Numbered from the whole stretch's first letter, positions 13,189 through 25,341 are shown. The stretch: DNA of 52,771 nt, filler included, from Catajapyx aquilonaris (GCA_000934665.2; 3 parts of 3 records of this genome joined end to end with filler, not necessarily neighbours in it), one strand, 5' to 3'. The notes: a model not told the origin generated them from the sequence alone. Numbers and translations: made by a program.

Positions 13189-15034
13189 TATATAAAACAG
13201 CAACAACAAAACCAGCCAAGCTCCAGGCTACCACGCAATATTTAAATCCGTGCCTTGAAACGCAATACACAGCATCATGAATTATTGACTATGAAGAGAA
13301 AGGAAAGAATTGAATGCGAATTAATTAATCCCTGGAAGAAAATATGTCTTGTTCTGGAATGCTTTTTGGTGCTAGAGAAGAGGAGCGATTGAGTTTTGAA
13401 AGGGAGTTGTTAATGAAGGCGGCGTCGGTGACAATGACGTTTCGTCAGCAGAAGACTCGTCGGTGGGTCGTCATCGACGAAGCGACGACGGAGAGCTGCT
13501 GCTCTCGTCTGCAAGATTCATTTTGTGCCTCGGGAAGTTCATTACGAACGACACTAATAAATTTCGTCACTTTGAAGTCTGAGGTGTGCTCCCCCGGAAT
13601 TATCTTAGCACTTTTCATTTCTCGCTTCTAATTACTGTCAGAACAAAGTGCTCATTTCCATGACAAAGCCTGAGTTCCATTTTCTCAAACGTGATATTAT
13701 CAGGTCTCCCGTTTTCCTCTTTGAAACCTTCCATCTCGTTAGAGCCAGAAATATTGCAGCGAAAGATTTGCCTGAGAATACAATTCAATAGAAAAGTTTG
13801 GCTGGGCTAATTCGCGGCTCCGGAAGAAAGAAAAGGAAGGGAAGGGCAGAAAAGACACCAAGACAGGCAGACAGAAAACTATATACATACGCAGTGATAT
13901 TAGGCCTATAATCAGATTGTAAGTAGGCAGCGTTAACCATATTATTACATACCTTTTTTTAAAGAATAGTTTCATTTAAGGAATGGTCACACCAGCTTCC
14001 ATCATTCCCTCCTTTTAGCTCCAAAAATAGTGACATAATGAAGTTTTAAATATATATAAAATCACCCTTGTAGAACATCTAAAGTTGTATTGACTTCAGC
14101 TTGATACGTAGAGAAGATCTGCTGCCTATTAACCTACGCACAGGAATGAGTACCATAGAAAATTAATAGGGAAGGATTTCATTAAGCTAAAACTACTTTA
14201 CGTATATGTCTCCTCTGTTCCTCACAAAATACACCTTGGCTAAAAATGGCTCATCAAATAATAGGTATTAAATTGTCGTAATTTCGTCATATTCGAATCC
14301 TGTTTTACTTTTCTACAGCCATTCTGGAATGCATTATTTCACTGGGCTGCCTGCCTCTTATAACCAGTCTTTTCTAATTCAGGGTGGTTTTATTCGTGTA
14401 CTGTACAAATCATATTTTGCTACTGGAGTTTTATCTGGTGAAAGTTGGCACCTGTACGTTAATGTCTCGAGTGTTGCCTTTTCAGCTTTTATTTTGTCTG
14501 GTTCAATATGGACAATGATGCTCTGACTTAGAACAAACAGCTATATCAGTTCTGTATTTTTAGACATTTACCGCATTTTACAAGAAAAATCTGAGTTCCT
14601 GTTGATAACAGTAACTTTGCATTCTAATCCACAATTAAATCATATGAGGTAAAGTTGGTAACCGATGCGTTTTGAAATGCAACACAGACACCATGAACGT
14701 CTTTTTCCTCGCACCTCCGACCTGTCCAAGCAGCAAATTCATCCACATACGCCTATCGTATTAATATATTCTCCTGCATACTAATCTCTCTCCTAAGCAA
14801 GTTTCAAGACTTCGTTAGCTCTCAGCCACTCAGCAACACTTTTGCCTCAGTGTGGCAGCTCATCTGGACATAATTTCCGCTAACTTGAACATATTGCGCC
14901 AACCCTCCAGATATGTACTAGCATTCTGCACCCGAGGCTCATCCTTTTCTTCTCCAACTCTTCCCAAACTTCAAGGTAGGCAAACTGTGTAGCCTTAGCT
15001 TCCATCCTTGCCTTTGGTTGCTTCCCATGCCGCC

Positions 15035-15069
<35 letters not shown>
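15035..15069. repeat. (GCAA)n microsatellite
   Basis: Direct reading. Confidence 0.95.
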
Positions 15070-15070
<1 letters not shown>

Positions 15071-15533
15071 GCTGCAAGGAGAAACTGCTAAGGCGTTCTC
15101 GTCATAAAAATGTCATGGGCTTTATCAATAACTAAGGGCCACCACCCTCTACCCCCCCTCCCACGTCCACATCTAACCCCCTTCCCCCCCATTCCAAACT
15201 CCCCTCCACCCCCCATCCCCCACCCCTTTAGACTTGAAGCCGCCATGCAAAATTGAGCAAGGTGTGCTAACAGGTCCGCTGGGTTCTGCTCACTTGAACG
15301 CTTAAGGCCATGCGGGAATGCTTGGCAAGGTTTACACGCCTTCACACCCATTTTTCTCCCATCGCTTTTTTTTTAACACGAAGAGAGAGAACGAGGGGAC
15401 TAGAAAAATATACATAACTTAAATAAGAGCCTGTTCCTCCAACCTCAACCATTTTTTCGCAGAACATCAGTCATTTGTGCAAACCTATAGATATTCGCAA
15501 TGACAGCCTAGAACATCATCGTTATGTACTGTA

Positions 15534-16142
15534 CAGTGTTGGACATTAATCGCAGTCATACTGCTTGCGACAATTTCTGATACGGCAGAAGTGTAAATTG
15601 AAGTGATAGAGTGTGAGCCAGCCACCGGACACTTCCCCTACAATCTCATCTTATCGCCTGATAATCAGATTGTAAGTAGGCAGCGTTTTGCATGAGGTGC
15701 TCACCTGAGAGAGCCATGAGACCTTTCACGGCGCTATTATGTGGCGACCCTACCTGACTACGCTGAACTTTATAGGTACAAAAGGGAAGCGCTACATTGG
15801 GGGACCCAACATGGTCGCCGGCGGCCATGTTGTGCCCGAAGGTAGCGGCTTCTCGTCTACATTAGTTCAGCGTAGTCCGGTAGGGTCGCCACATAATACA
15901 GCAGTGAAAAGCTGTCTCATGGCGCTCTCAAGTGAGCACCTCATGCAAAACGCCCTGGCAGGCGATAAGAGGGAGTGTCCAGATCTTAGTATTCTATAAC
16001 CATGGCTTGTCCCCAGCCAGTAACGTCACGCAAGGGCTTCCTCTTCTTATTCGCACGGCTCGCACTCTATCACTTCGGATTTGCAAGTCTGCCGCATCAG
16101 AAAATGTCGCTAGCAGTACGACGCGACTAATGTCCAACACTG
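15534..16142. mobile_element. Foldback MITE (609 bp), almost entirely palindromic
   Basis: TA|CAGTGTTGGACATTA ... TAATGTCCAACACTG|TA, with inner arms pairing up to a centre near 15818. Confidence 0.9.
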
Positions 16143-16689
16143 TACTGTAGGCTACTATACCCGGTGATTGACCCAGCTCAAATGTTGGGAATATATTGAA
16201 CATATTGAATTCAAACGTCTTCAGTGTATCGTCCTGAAATATTCTTATATTGCCCTTGTCACTCTCGGTTTTTCCCCCTAGAAGGTTGCATTATACAGTA
16301 TGGTGTGTGACAGAAGCTGACGTTGTTATATCGGTGGGAATGTCGGGTATGCTCTTAAGACAGGCTGGGCTTACCTGAATTCAAGAGAGAGTTCCTGCCC
16401 CACTAGTTCTTGACTAGTACACTCGGACAGGGAGTACCACATTCACGTCCACCTTCGCAAGTGTGAGCTCATTTCTGATTCACAGGGTCGTAGAATCAAG
16501 AATATTTTATGCCGTATGCTACTTTATTTCAACTTTAACTGATGAGCTACTTACTACTGTTTATTATTTGTATGATTGGGTAAATGTCCCATTTACAGTT
16601 GATTATTGCAGGATGAAGGATTAAAAACTGTTACTTTTATTGTTGGTAGCAGTTGATAACCTGAATATAATTGTGCACTTCAGAGACTA

Positions 16690-17220
16690 ATAATAATAAT
16701 TCATACCCCGTTATCAGCCGGCGGCTCTTTAGGGGGGATATTTAGTGGGAGCGGTACAAGTAAAATGACAGAAAAAAACCGCATTTGATGATAGAAGCAA
16801 GCCACTTTGCACACTTGTTCCTAACACCATAAGGTTCAATTTGACCCGCAGTACCCTCAATTTCCCCGTAGGATTCAAAATGGCCGACATTATCGAAAAG
16901 TGTTACTTTTTGGGGTACTGATGAATGCAGGGTGTCGATTCCGCATGATTTAAGGTCGCTAAACTCGAATTTGGCCATACCAAGTTGCCATCTTGACTGG
17001 AACTCTTCGTTTCGTTTTTACTGCGCTTTTTGGGATAGGATAGGAAAGGAAGGAGGCGGCCGTGGCCTATTAGTTTAGGAAACAACTCCGGAATTCTCCT
17101 GGAGGAACCGTGGGAAACCACAGAAAACCACGGTTAGAGTTGCCGGCACCGGGATTCGAACCCAGGACCTCCCGATTAGCAGTCGGATACCATATCCCCT
17201 CCGCCACCACTGCTTCGGTG
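16690..17220 (-). mobile_element. tRNA-derived SINE, long form (about 530 bp), Nin-like central domain
   Basis: Minus-strand B box GGTTCGAATCC, (TTA)n tail, and 13-bp TSD ACTTCAGAGACTA at 16677-16689 and 17221-17233. Homologous to the copies at 34.2 kb and 48.4 kb. Confidence 0.9.
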
Positions 17221-17495
17221 ACTTCAGAGACTATAGCAGACTATAGTAGGAATCAGATCATAATAAACATTTGAAAAAGTGGAAGGGTTGTAAATTGCAA
17301 CAGTGCAAGGTTTAGGACCGGACGGGAAAGAGGAGGGTCACTCTCAGATTAGGACGACCGGGTCCTCGCCTCGGGCTTGTACCAGCTGGGGAAGTGATGC
17401 TCCGAAAATAAGCTGATGAATTTTTTATGGGTGACTCTTTTTGCATTTTTGACAGCAAATATGAATTCTAAGGTGTCGAAAACCTATATTTTCAT

Positions 17496-17595
17496 NNNNN
17501 NNNNNNNNNNNNNNNNNNNNNNNNNNNNNNNNNNNNNNNTTAATTAATTAANNNNNNNNNNNNNNNNNNNNNNNNNNNNNNNNNNNNNNNNNNNN
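17496..17595. other. Artificial assembly spacer (44 N + TTAATTAATTAA + 44 N)
   Basis: Palindromic linker with stops in all six frames, centred in the Ns; identical to the spacer at 35076-35175. Confidence 0.95.
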
Positions 17596-17863
17596 GGGAG
17601 CCAGCGGAAGGGACAGGTGGTGCTGCTGCTGGGCTGAGGATGGGGCTGGCGTTGGCAGAGAAGACCTGGGTGGGGGAGGGGGTGGTGGGGGAGGGGTGGG
17701 AGGGGGTGGGGCCAGCCTCACTGCAGGTGATTCAGATGTTGTTGGTGTCTCCCTCCTGTCTGGCCTGGGGCTGGGCCTATTTGACAGGGTGCCAACAACA
17801 CCTGTACTTAGTTGACCAATCTTGCTTGTTCACCCAATTCACTCCAGTAATCTTCAGTTCTCC
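17596..17863 (-). CDS. Exon of an unidentified minus-strand gene with a proline-rich frame (…LAPPPPTPPPPPPPPPRSSLPTPAPSSAQQQHHLSLPLAP…), truncated by the gap
   Basis: Good minus-strand acceptor ttttcaattatttacag at 17864. Pro run uses CCA/CCC/CCT codons, giving triplet periodicity. Frame is open to the contig end but has no in-frame ATG. Confidence 0.5.
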
Positions 17864-18393
17864 CTGTAAATAATTGAAAAACAGCTTTTACTAACTGTGC
17901 CAGAACACAAGCGCTTCTGTGCTGCCTGTTAAAATCAAACTTTAGCATGTTTTAGCCCTTCCATTATGCACAAGTAACATGTGGTCTTATTAATCAAGGT
18001 TGATGAAAAATTGGTGATTAACCAGCCTCAGGATCTCAGCTGAGGATCCCAATAATGTGCAAAAGTAAGAATTTCCTGCATACTGAAGTACCATGAAATC
18101 AAAATATCAGTACTAACTTAACGTAAGAGAATTCCTGAATACATGCGACTGTCAAATACTCCCACCAACTCAAAAATTGTAGTTAATGGTACCACATATT
18201 TTGATTCATTCAGGGGAATTTACTGTGACCTAACACAAGTCTCTTCATGACAGGCAATGTAATCACTTGACATGACTAATACTGTACACATCACAAAGGG
18301 TGTGGATAAATATTTTGTATTCCTGCAACATGTGGACCAGGGAAGCTTCTTGATACACCAGGACCAGGAATGTTCTTTAAAAATATACCACTG

Positions 18394-19316
18394 GGGGAGG
18401 ATTCACAAAAGAGCGCAAAGAGATACACCTCCGTAAGTTCAGTTCATTTTTCGCCACCGGGGGAGTGGCGCTGCGAGTTGGATTCACAAAGCAGCGCAAC
18501 TACTTACCACCGGGCAGATCTCTGCGCCTGGTCGGGGGGTACGTGTAAGTGGGAGAAGTGACATGGCTCCTATTTGGACCGGAGCTAGAAGTCGAAGATA
18601 GACCTCACCCAGCATTTCCCCAGATAATCTGGGATCGCATGTGGACCCCCCGTTACATGCCGGCCATGGGTAGGCCTACTCACGGCGTAAAATCCGGCCG
18701 ACGCGACGACACTTGCTGCCGGCAGACGACGAGGGGGTAATCACTCGTCAAGTCCGTGTACACTCAACTTCCGAGTGATTTACCCCTCGGCACAGACAAA
18801 GCAACAGTTTCGGCCACCTTTGCCTGACTGCCCACTGCCAATAGGTTATTTGGTTAGCTCGGGTAAGGAGTGGGAATAGTGGAATGTGTCCAAGTCCGGC
18901 TTGCCCCTAGACAATCCGGCGGCAGCCTTGAGCGGGGGTCTAGCCCCCATCCCTCAATAAACTAGTTGGTCTCCCTTTTTAATTTCAGCCGAGTGCCACA
19001 ATTTTCAGGTATTCCACCAAAGATGATGACACTTTCCAAGCTCTTTCCCACCTTCCGTTAGTATCTTTGCCTTCCGCTAGGTTGGCGCTAGGGTGGGTTC
19101 TGGCTGGGTTCGGGTGGCCGTCTAACAACGCAGCCAATAGCGAGCCCCGTTACATGACACGTGACTTTTACCCTTGTGCCCCCCTTACACCGAGTGCTGC
19201 GCCGCTTTGTGAATCACTTTACACCTCTCCCTACAACCGGTTGTAAGGGGAGCGTAAAGATATGGGTGTAAATCACTTACGCGCTCGAAAGTTGCGCTCT
19301 TTTGTGAATCCTCCCC
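18394..19316. mobile_element. Non-autonomous PIF/Harbinger-type element (923 bp)
   Basis: Perfect 25-bp TIR GGGGAGGATTCACAAAAGAGCGCAA, 3-bp TSD CTG, and a second internal inverted pair GATTCACAAAGCRGCGCA at 18481-18498 / 19198-19215. Confidence 0.88.
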
Positions 19317-21399
19317 CTGATTTGTGAAAATTTTAAATCATAAATTCTTCATAAGTCTCCAATGAAACATAAAATACAGTATTACTGACAGCAGAACTCA
19401 TATGACAGGCTCCAAGAAGATTTGCCAGTCCACAATTGAAGACGTCATTTGCCAAAGGGCCCTACTCAAAAATTTCGAAAAACAGTTTTATTTTGGATTC
19501 CTACTCTTGGAGTCGGACCTTACAGCCCTCGTGAAGATGAAGAACCAGAACTGCCGTAAAATTGAATCATAAACTGCAAAACTCCACATGGAGCAATAAA
19601 GCATATGCAATTTTTTCTCCCTCCTGGAACCTTTCACCTTGTGGAGTTGGGCCCTACGGCAAGTGACATCTTCAATTACAGTAGGCCTACCCTGAAGTCA
19701 CAGCTGGAAGGAAGATGGATCATTCAACAACACCCTCTACAGTCTACACCATTGCCTCAACAAAATTTCTCATATCAAAATAACACCTACCCCACCTCAA
19801 AAAGATAAAAATCTTTGGTGGTTCCCAAGCTCAATCAATTAGCCTCTTCACTATTATAAACTTCATACAATAGCTAGGATACCAGTGAAATCACCTACAC
19901 CAGCACCTTACTAGCAAACCATGTAAACCCTATTAAGAATCAACGTATAAGCTGTCTCTACGGATTGCCCCCCACCCCACCCCTTCCCCATAAAGGGACT
20001 GTGCCCCTCAAAGGTTAACAAATTCATTACTTACTACTTACCCCACCAGCAAAAAATCACTTCCTGTTAGACACCCTAACTTGCTTCATGACACACCAAA
20101 CAAACAAGTTGCACCAGTTGCCTCATCACACTTCAATAATCCCAGCTAGCTGTCATAAGCATTGGCTAAATTCTTCAACCCCACAAATGTCTGCCACCCT
20201 ACCAGCACACCTGCCCACACCCTAATAACAGCCTACATGCTGTCATGGGGGTACGGCATGTCAAAAGCTGTTAGAATTGCATGCACTCAGTAATGACTCA
20301 TCTGCATCACTATAGTGAAATCAATACTCATTCTCCAACATGGCTTCCATGAGGGGAAACAGGTGGGCCAAATCATTGGCATACGTAGGATTTCTTTCTG
20401 TCACATAGTGTGGTCATCTTTGACAGAATTTCAACTTGTTACACAATATAAGGACTAGATGTTTTCATGCACACACTAAAGTAACAAAAAGTTAAACTTT
20501 TTATGGTGGTGGTGGGCGGCCTCTGGGCTATGACATCTACTGTTGCCATAAAATTCGTAAATGGCATGTTCCTCTGGCATCCAGGAACAATCCTTATAAT
20601 TAGATTATGACTTACATGGTGAAACACTCCTAGAAGCTGTTGTGACCATTTTATAAGCAAAACAAAAACAATTTGTAAGCCCATGCCTTTCAGACAGATT
20701 TTTTCAACTCAGAGAACAAATATTTAAACAATATTTTTTTCATATTACAAGTTATTGTCTAGAACAACTTCACTAACTCTTGTAGTTGTACACCACAAGG
20801 TTACAAGTAAAGGCCCCAAGAGCGGTACAGTCGCGAGCATAAAGATATGGACGCAACTGTAACTGGTTTTACCAACTTAATTTTATTCGTTGACAAAACC
20901 TTCCCAATACAAACCTAATGACACTATATTAACCTAATTTACCCTCTCCTATTTTGGCCTAATTAACATTTGAAATTTGATGCAGATATTATATTAGCAG
21001 ACATGTGACATTTCTTTGGTGCCATTTCATTTCCTCCAGAAAAATCAATCCTAGAAGGAATCCTTTGGTCAATGAGTAGCTGCACCTTATAGACAAATCC
21101 TTTGAACACAGTTTGGACAAGTGCACATACTCATAACATTCTTTGACTTTATTGACTTTTAACTTGCCAGTGGCTCAGCTTGGTAGAATTAAATAGGCTA
21201 CACCACACTGTTGCCACATGGTGCAGAATCATGATCACACAAACACTTTTTTTTTTCTTACGTGTTAGATTCAGCTTAGTGTAGCTGTTTGAAAGATCTG
21301 CCACACCCATCTAGCAATGTACTGTAATCCACAAGCTATATTTAACATAGAACAGTTGGGATATGCATACAGGAAGTAAGATTTACTAAATCTGGCCAC

Positions 21400-21860
21400 A
21401 CAAACTTGGTCACAGGAGTTAAGATCCATGTAGCCTACTACTGCACACAAACACCATGTAGACATTTTTTTGTATTGGGTTACCAGATTTTGTAAGCCCA
21501 TGTTGAGCCTGCAAGTCAAACCTAAGCTCTTTTGGTCCCTTCATAGGCTTTTGTCTGCCAATCTAGAGGTGATGAAACATGTGAAGATCAATTGAGGCAA
21601 GGTCTGGGCCATGGTCTGGCTGCTCCAAGGTGGGACATTCTTGAAGAGTTCAAGAAGGGAATCTTTGAGCATCTCAAAACAATCCAGGCCATGAACCACA
21701 TGACTTTCACATACTTCGCCACATCTACAAAATTTTTGGTAGCTGAGAACCCAGGAAGGCAGGGAGTGACAAAAATGAAGGATGAAGCTTGGTGGTGAGA
21801 ATGGTTGATATTGAATTCCAAAACCTAACACAATAGTATCAGGGGTGTTGCTGAAAAATG
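21400..21860 (-). pseudogene. Decayed mariner transposase remnant
   Basis: Minus strand reads HGPDLASIDLHMFHHL* (compare mariner YSPDLAPSDFHLF) and GLQNLVTQYKK (compare the mariner C-terminal GIxKLVxRYxKC). Frameshifts and stops present. Confidence 0.65.
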
Positions 21861-22178
21861 TTCATGGGGAGGAACAAAACAAAAGTTGGCCCGCTTCATA
21901 TAGTCTGGCTGGCTCCTCCTAGGTATACCAGCCCCCTGCTCAATCTCATTTTTTACACTGGCATGCTGCAATTTGCAAGAGAGTATGGTAATTTGTTGTT
22001 TTTAGTGTCTAACAGAAAAAAAAAATCTCTAGTCTTGGCTTGCTTCACTTACATAATTTAAAATTAAACATAATTTGTCAGAATGTTGATATCTCACAGG
22101 CATTTGTCTCTCTCACCTGACCTTTATGGCACCCTGCAACCTACTGCAGCTTAAGCCAGAGATGCAAGTATCAGTATA

Positions 22179-22596
22179 CAAGGTGATTCCGTTAACTTTG
22201 ACAAAACTCACAGGGTGGGTAGAGCCCCATAGGCAAGTATTTGGAGTTTCGGTACCATGTCCGGAAATGCCCCCGTACGGGGGTACGGCCTTTTCCACCT
22301 TTGGTCTGTTGCGCCTGGTGGGTAGGCAACCCACCGTACTCGAAACTTGCATTCATCAGGGGTGTCGTGTGTGGAGGAGACGAAGGCGAAAACAATTGCG
22401 AGTGTCAAGTGCAAAACCTGATGAACGCAACCTTCGAGTATGATGGGTCGCCTACCCACCAGGCGCAACATACTAAAGGTGGAAACAGCCGTACCCCTGT
22501 TTGGGGGGCATTTCCAGACATGGGTACCAAAGCTCAAAATACTTCCCTGTGGGGCCTCTACCCATGATTTTTGACAAAGTTACCGGAATCACCTTG
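22179..22596. mobile_element. Tc1/mariner-type foldback MITE (418 bp)
   Basis: TA|CAAGGTGATTCCG.TAACTTTG ... CAAAGTTACCGGAATCACCTTG|TA, with arms of roughly 180 bp. Confidence 0.92.
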
Positions 22597-23259
22597 TATT
22601 TCCACCAATATGGATCTGATGGACCTAAGCACTCTCTTGGAAGGTGTAGGTAATGAATGAGCTCCCCCTAACCCCTGCCCCAGAGGGTCCCCTGCTACCT
22701 GCACAACCTGCATGAGAGGCTCTGCACTGATGGATCATGTTTTTACAAACATAATGTTTCATAATTATTCCAACAAACTATGGTGAATTCCTGCTGACTA
22801 GAGGATCAAGGTACCACGTAGAAATGTCATTTGGTCTCCACACCCCCATTGCTCATAATTGTCAGCAAACACCAGATATAAAATATCCTGGAAGGTATGC
22901 ATCCCACCATGCAACCTTGTTTTTTTCCTATTTAGCATATATTTGACAGCATACCAGATGCATGGGCATATAAGACGCATCGCCATTTCAGCAGATCATA
23001 TTCAGGATAAAAAAGTGTTTAGTGTATTTTCACAATATGCAAGGTGATTTTTTGAGCATTTTGGGGGGGGNGTGTGGGGGGGGGGGGGGGGGGGGATTGT
23101 CTTATATGCTGTCTAATACACTAATTTAAGTGTCACCATGCAATTTACATCCTGATCTCATTAGGCATAGCAGGAAATGGTCAAGGTGATGGAAGTGACC
23201 AATGACATCTCTACATAAGTGACACACTGGTGTCCAGGAGAAAGTTTGTCGGAATCACT

Positions 23260-23600
23260 GAGTGCGTTTACATGGGACTAAAAGTCTGCCTATGCTAGGA
23301 GAACCAGTTTACTCCCATGTAGCAGCTGGGCCTACGTTGGACAGGCTTTAGCTGAGTCGGTCAGAGCCAGTAGCGGGCTCAGCCCAAACCTTTTGGATCG
23401 GGTGGTCTATGTAAAGCGATGGCGGTGATTGGCTGAGCGGACAGCCCGGGAGCTAAGTCCTGCTTCCGAGTGGGCTAACTTTCTAGCAGGAGAGTCAGTC
23501 CCATGTAGCAGAGGCAAAAGTGGGAGCAAGCTTTGCGTAGACAGGCCTTGCTTAGGGGGCCTGGGTGAGGCCGAATTTTAGTCCCATGACGAACACACTC
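23260..23600. mobile_element. Harbinger-like MITE (341 bp)
   Basis: Imperfect TIR GAGTGCGTTTACATGGGACTAAAA / TTTTAGTCCCATGACGAACACACTC, 3-bp TSD ACT, and internal repeats of cccatgtagcag. Confidence 0.75.
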
Positions 23601-24299
23601 ACTGTGTAACAACCTCTATGGGCATTCCATTCACCATCATTCCATATGTTGTTGAAGGTTATCAACAAACTAGGGAATATTAATTGGTGAATAGAACAGT
23701 TTTTAAATGGAATGAACCCAAAATTCAATTTGAGGTAATACTAAAATCATAGCCTATGGCAGAGAAAGGCCCTGGTGATACTCATACTGAAGTTCATCAG
23801 TGCTGCAGAGCATATCTGAAGACCGAGTTGGACAGAAGTTGGATACGTCATATGTTGGCCTAGGTAAATCTGTACTAATATTTTAATATTCACAGTAAAT
23901 GGCACAGCTATTCCTTTTAACATGCACAACAAATATCTGGATTTTATTACAACATGGCCATGAAAATGACCAGATCTTGCACCTGTCAACAGGCAATCAA
24001 ACATTCATCATTGACAGTCATGAAATAAGCACTGGTTGGTTTCAAGATATGTGTAAAATTCTTGGTGACTTGTAAGCTCAGCCAATATCTGACTCCTTGT
24101 CCTAAGGCTGGCCAAAGACGCGCCTATCCCACGATTACACACAAGCTACGATAACACCCCTCCCAACACAACTTACAGATATGTAACTCTATGACAGGTG
24201 CCGCTCTTGCCTCCCAAATCTAACCAGATAAGATAAGCTTAAGTGCATTCAACTGACAGCCATGTGCGAGTAAACCGCACTATTCACCAGTCACCTCAG

Positions 24300-24950
24300 G
24301 TAAGTCCAACTTACATTTGCATCTCTTGGTCTCTCCAAAACGTCGCCGTATCCACCGCTCTAGTTGCCCATCCACTAGGGTGTTGGTCCGTCTGACACGC
24401 CCGTACGTGGGAACCAGCCGAAAAGAGGGGGAGACGCCGCCGCTGATTGCGTGCGTGCCTGCGTGCCTTGGCCAGCACCGAAGGGCCCCCCCTTCAAAAA
24501 TTCCTTCTTCTTCTAATTGCCGTGTCCTCCTGTTGCCGCAGAGCACTTCTCCATTTCTGGGAAGTCGGCATCCATGGGGGAGCGCAAGTGTCAATGCTCC
24601 CTCCCCCCGTACACTCTATTTCAGTTGCAGTCGGCTACGCTGCTCAAAGGAGAGGCAGGCAGGCGGCCTACAAGACATCCAACGGGAGGGGGGGAGTTCA
24701 AGGCGGTGGCCAATGTTGGGGTGGTAGAGGGTAGGTGGGAGACGATGCCGGGACGCATGCGCTGATCCCACGGCCGCCTAGAAATAATTATTCCCATGAC
24801 CTAGAAGGGATGCCGCCGGCTACATATTTTTTTCCTGATGGCACGTGGTCTTTGGCCATGGACGGGGATTATGGGGGAGGTGGTGGCCAGCTGGGGAAGG
24901 GATGAAGGATGTGAAAGTATGCAATTTGTAGTTTTGCGGCGGTGCTGACT
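24300..24950. promoter_or_regulatory. CpG/GC-rich island; probable divergent promoter of MOCS1 (+) and an unidentified minus-strand gene
   Basis: Visibly CpG-dense inside an otherwise CpG-poor contig. CCAAT near 24710, NRF1-like CGCATGCGC near 24754, E-box CACGTG near 24842, and a minus-strand donor at 24314. Confidence 0.6.
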
Positions 24951-25147
24951 TTGGGTTGTAGGGCCCGATAGGAGATGATCCTGATAACCTGAGACACCAC
25001 GATTATGGGGGAGTGTTGACACGGATGTAACCCCTTTAGTGCCTCCATTCATAGTGTGACTTTTTATAGAAGGCACTGGTCACGGCGTCACAGCTCTGAT
25101 CAGGTAATAGGGAAACTGGCAATGTCATCTGCTCTTTTACATGCCAG

Positions 25148-25200
25148 CTTCTTTCAGAAGTGCACCTGTGTCCTGCAGAGGTCAACAAAGGTGTAATCAG
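25148..25200 (+). other. Candidate MOCS1 5' UTR exon (3' end)
   Basis: Perfect donor CAG|gtaagt at 25200/25201, upstream of the acceptor at 25572. The 5' boundary is uncertain: either acceptor ctcttttacatgccag at 25147, or a first exon starting near the CpG island. Confidence 0.45.
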
Positions 25201-25341
25201 GTAAGTGCTGGTTGTTTTTTTTTTTTTTACAACTTGTGCATAACACTGATTTATTGCATAACAAACTTGCAACATTTCATGTGACTTCTCAAGCATGAAG
25301 AGTTACTCACTCTCAGGAAGTACACACAATTAAGGCTGAGT

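Noticed and set aside
17540..17551. TTAATTAATTAA as a biological site (e.g. piggyBac TTAA target)
   Set aside because: Sits exactly in the middle of N-runs at both gaps, so it is a synthetic linker.
19600..20360. Possible reverse transcriptase remnants (ASDIFNYS, LQHGFHEGK)
   Set aside because: Motifs are too short and scattered to support a call without a search.
22113..22567. Cluster of overlapping ORFs with mirrored peptides on both strands (also 15646-16203)
   Set aside because: Explained by the palindromic structure of foldback MITEs; no transposase motifs.
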